In this document: one piece after another, positions 62,760 through 64,000 of the stretch
Layout of the letters: each line of letters begins with the position of its first letter
Numbering within the stretch: position 1 is the first letter of the stretch
NCBI GenBank assembly: GCA_009103225.1
Contig: RHPI01000638.1
Coordinates: forward strand, 434,001-498,000
Direction of reading: 5' to 3'
Length of the DNA: 64,000 nt
From: Chlorokybus atmophyticus
Lineage: Eukaryota; Plantae; Mesostigma and Chlorokybus algae
Program-made: the position numbers and the translations under genes
Notes under the pieces: model-generated
Told to the model about the DNA's origin: nothing
Databases searched by the model: none
What the model saw: the letters and a program-made list of their open reading frames with translations, nothing else

Positions 62760-64000
62760 TAGTAGCTCGCCCTCTCCCTCTAAGCTTGCCACATTGATCT
62801 CAGCCTGTCTTGTCGGTAAAGAGATTGATTGAGGTGTCCTAAAAGCTGCGCTGAAAGACAAAAGTTGCATGCTCGACCTCATGAAGCAACATGAGGTCGT
62901 GGAGGAACATGAGGCAACGAACAAGCGCAAGGCTGTGGAGCAAGAAGACAACGCCTTACCTCCTCTGAGTAACAGTGTCACGGAGAGCGTCTGCCATGAT
63001 GTGCAGGTTGTTCGAATAAAAAAGATGAAGGTTGTTGGAACAAGGGACGCTGACAGGATCAAAAAAGCAAAGGTGAGGCATCGTTATTATGTAGTTAGAA
63101 GAAGCACGGCGCCTTGAAGCCTCACTGGAGCTGACTGTGTTTTTAGAGTAGGCACAAGTGGGTTTACAGCATTATGTGGCTGCTCAGCATCGTCCGAAGA
63201 GACAGCCGGTACGGCACGAGCTTCTTAAGCTTAAAGCACCGATGCGCAGACGCTTTAGGGGGCTCGTAGTGCAAAGGAGTTGATCGCCCTACAATACGCT
63301 CAAGATGCGCTGCATCACCGCATGCGGCATGCCTCGAGGTGGGTGACAAGAGTATGCAATAAGTGGGAGCAAACGCGGAGAGTGCGGTCTAAACAGACCC
63401 CTAGGATTGGCCATGGTTGGAACCCAAACACGATATGGACATCCGTGGTACGTTGTTGCCCCTCGCCGTCCTCGTTATAATGGTGTAGTTGCTGCCGCAG
63501 CAACCCGGCAATGTGCAAAAGCTCTGCCCGCGGAGTAGAACTTCGACCTGCTGCAACAGATGTACATGTTGATGTCGATTAATGCGGGTCGAGATGTGTG
63601 CCACTACCAAAGCAAATATACTAAGTGGCAAGTAAAACCATTCAAGCTGTACTTGGCATGTTTTAGCTAGCAGTGGATGTATGTTATACGGCACGTCGAG
63701 CTGATTCTATGAAACCTCGACAAAGATCACGATGCAAGCGATTACACCAATCACAACAGCCATGTCGAGGGCCTGATTAAACGCATGCTGAACGAGACCA
63801 CAAGAATCAGCAGGTGGTGTATGGCGGCAGATGGGCGTCAGGTGATCGAGCAGGCAGTGGAGCATTATGCTGCGCCATTTGAGTGGGAGTCGCTGCGCCT
63901 GTAACGCGATTACAAAGTTTGGTGGCAGAGGCAGCTTGCACATCCGCGTGCACCGTGCGTGCTGAATTGTTGCATTGAAGAGCCACCTCCCCCAGTGATT
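62760..64000 (+). pseudogene. Disrupted reading frames, possible transposase remnant
   Basis: Protein-like frame broken by stops: NFDLLQQMYMLMSINAGRDVCHYQSKYTKWQVKPFKLYLACFS*...TNHNSHVEGLIKRML...HYAAPFEWESLRL*RDYKVWWQ. Family not identified. Confidence 0.3.

Larger units (their letters stand above)
58600..64000. mobile_element. Probable decayed DNA transposon-like element (runs off the window end)
   Basis: Repeat arrays at the left side, several stop- and frameshift-disrupted reading frames, an OTU-like motif and a possible DDE Glu helix. No intact host gene. Terminal repeats were not found. Confidence 0.45.

Noticed and set aside
1-64000. tRNA, rRNA, spliceosomal snRNA or selenoprotein/SECIS genes
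   Set aside because: None recognised by eye. tRNAscan-SE, Infernal/Rfam and SECISearch would be needed to exclude them.

Overview
GC-rich, intron-dense eukaryotic nuclear DNA with four N gaps in microsatellite or poly-G tracts, plus one intronic gap at 29866-30000. Plant-type DExH1 and WDR48/LRS1 N-termini, plastid transit peptides and the ciliary genes BBS2 and ARL3 point to a flagellated early streptophyte alga (Chlorokybus/Mesostigma-like; inference). About 18 protein genes were reconstructed by hand splicing, mostly in head-to-head pairs: SKI2, DRG2, DExH1/DHX36, ARL3, a quinone oxidoreductase, a cNMP-domain AGC kinase, WDR48, plastid Cpn10, BBS2, a GGACT-like enzyme, a secreted LamG protein and several orphans. 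The last ~5.4 kb looks like a decayed mobile element with palindromic repeat arrays, an OTU-protease-like pseudogene and a transposase-like remnant. The top finding is the gene at 1466-3366. It splices an F-box directly to an MBD4-type HhH glycosylase domain whose catalytic Asp appears to be replaced by Asn, followed by an RRSQRL tail. This suggests an SCF adaptor that senses DNA mismatches. Runners-up are the kinase with Arg->His in both cNMP phosphate-binding cassettes, a 53-bp hairpin repeat array and an N-terminally truncated SKI2. All gene models and family calls come from motif recognition without database searches.
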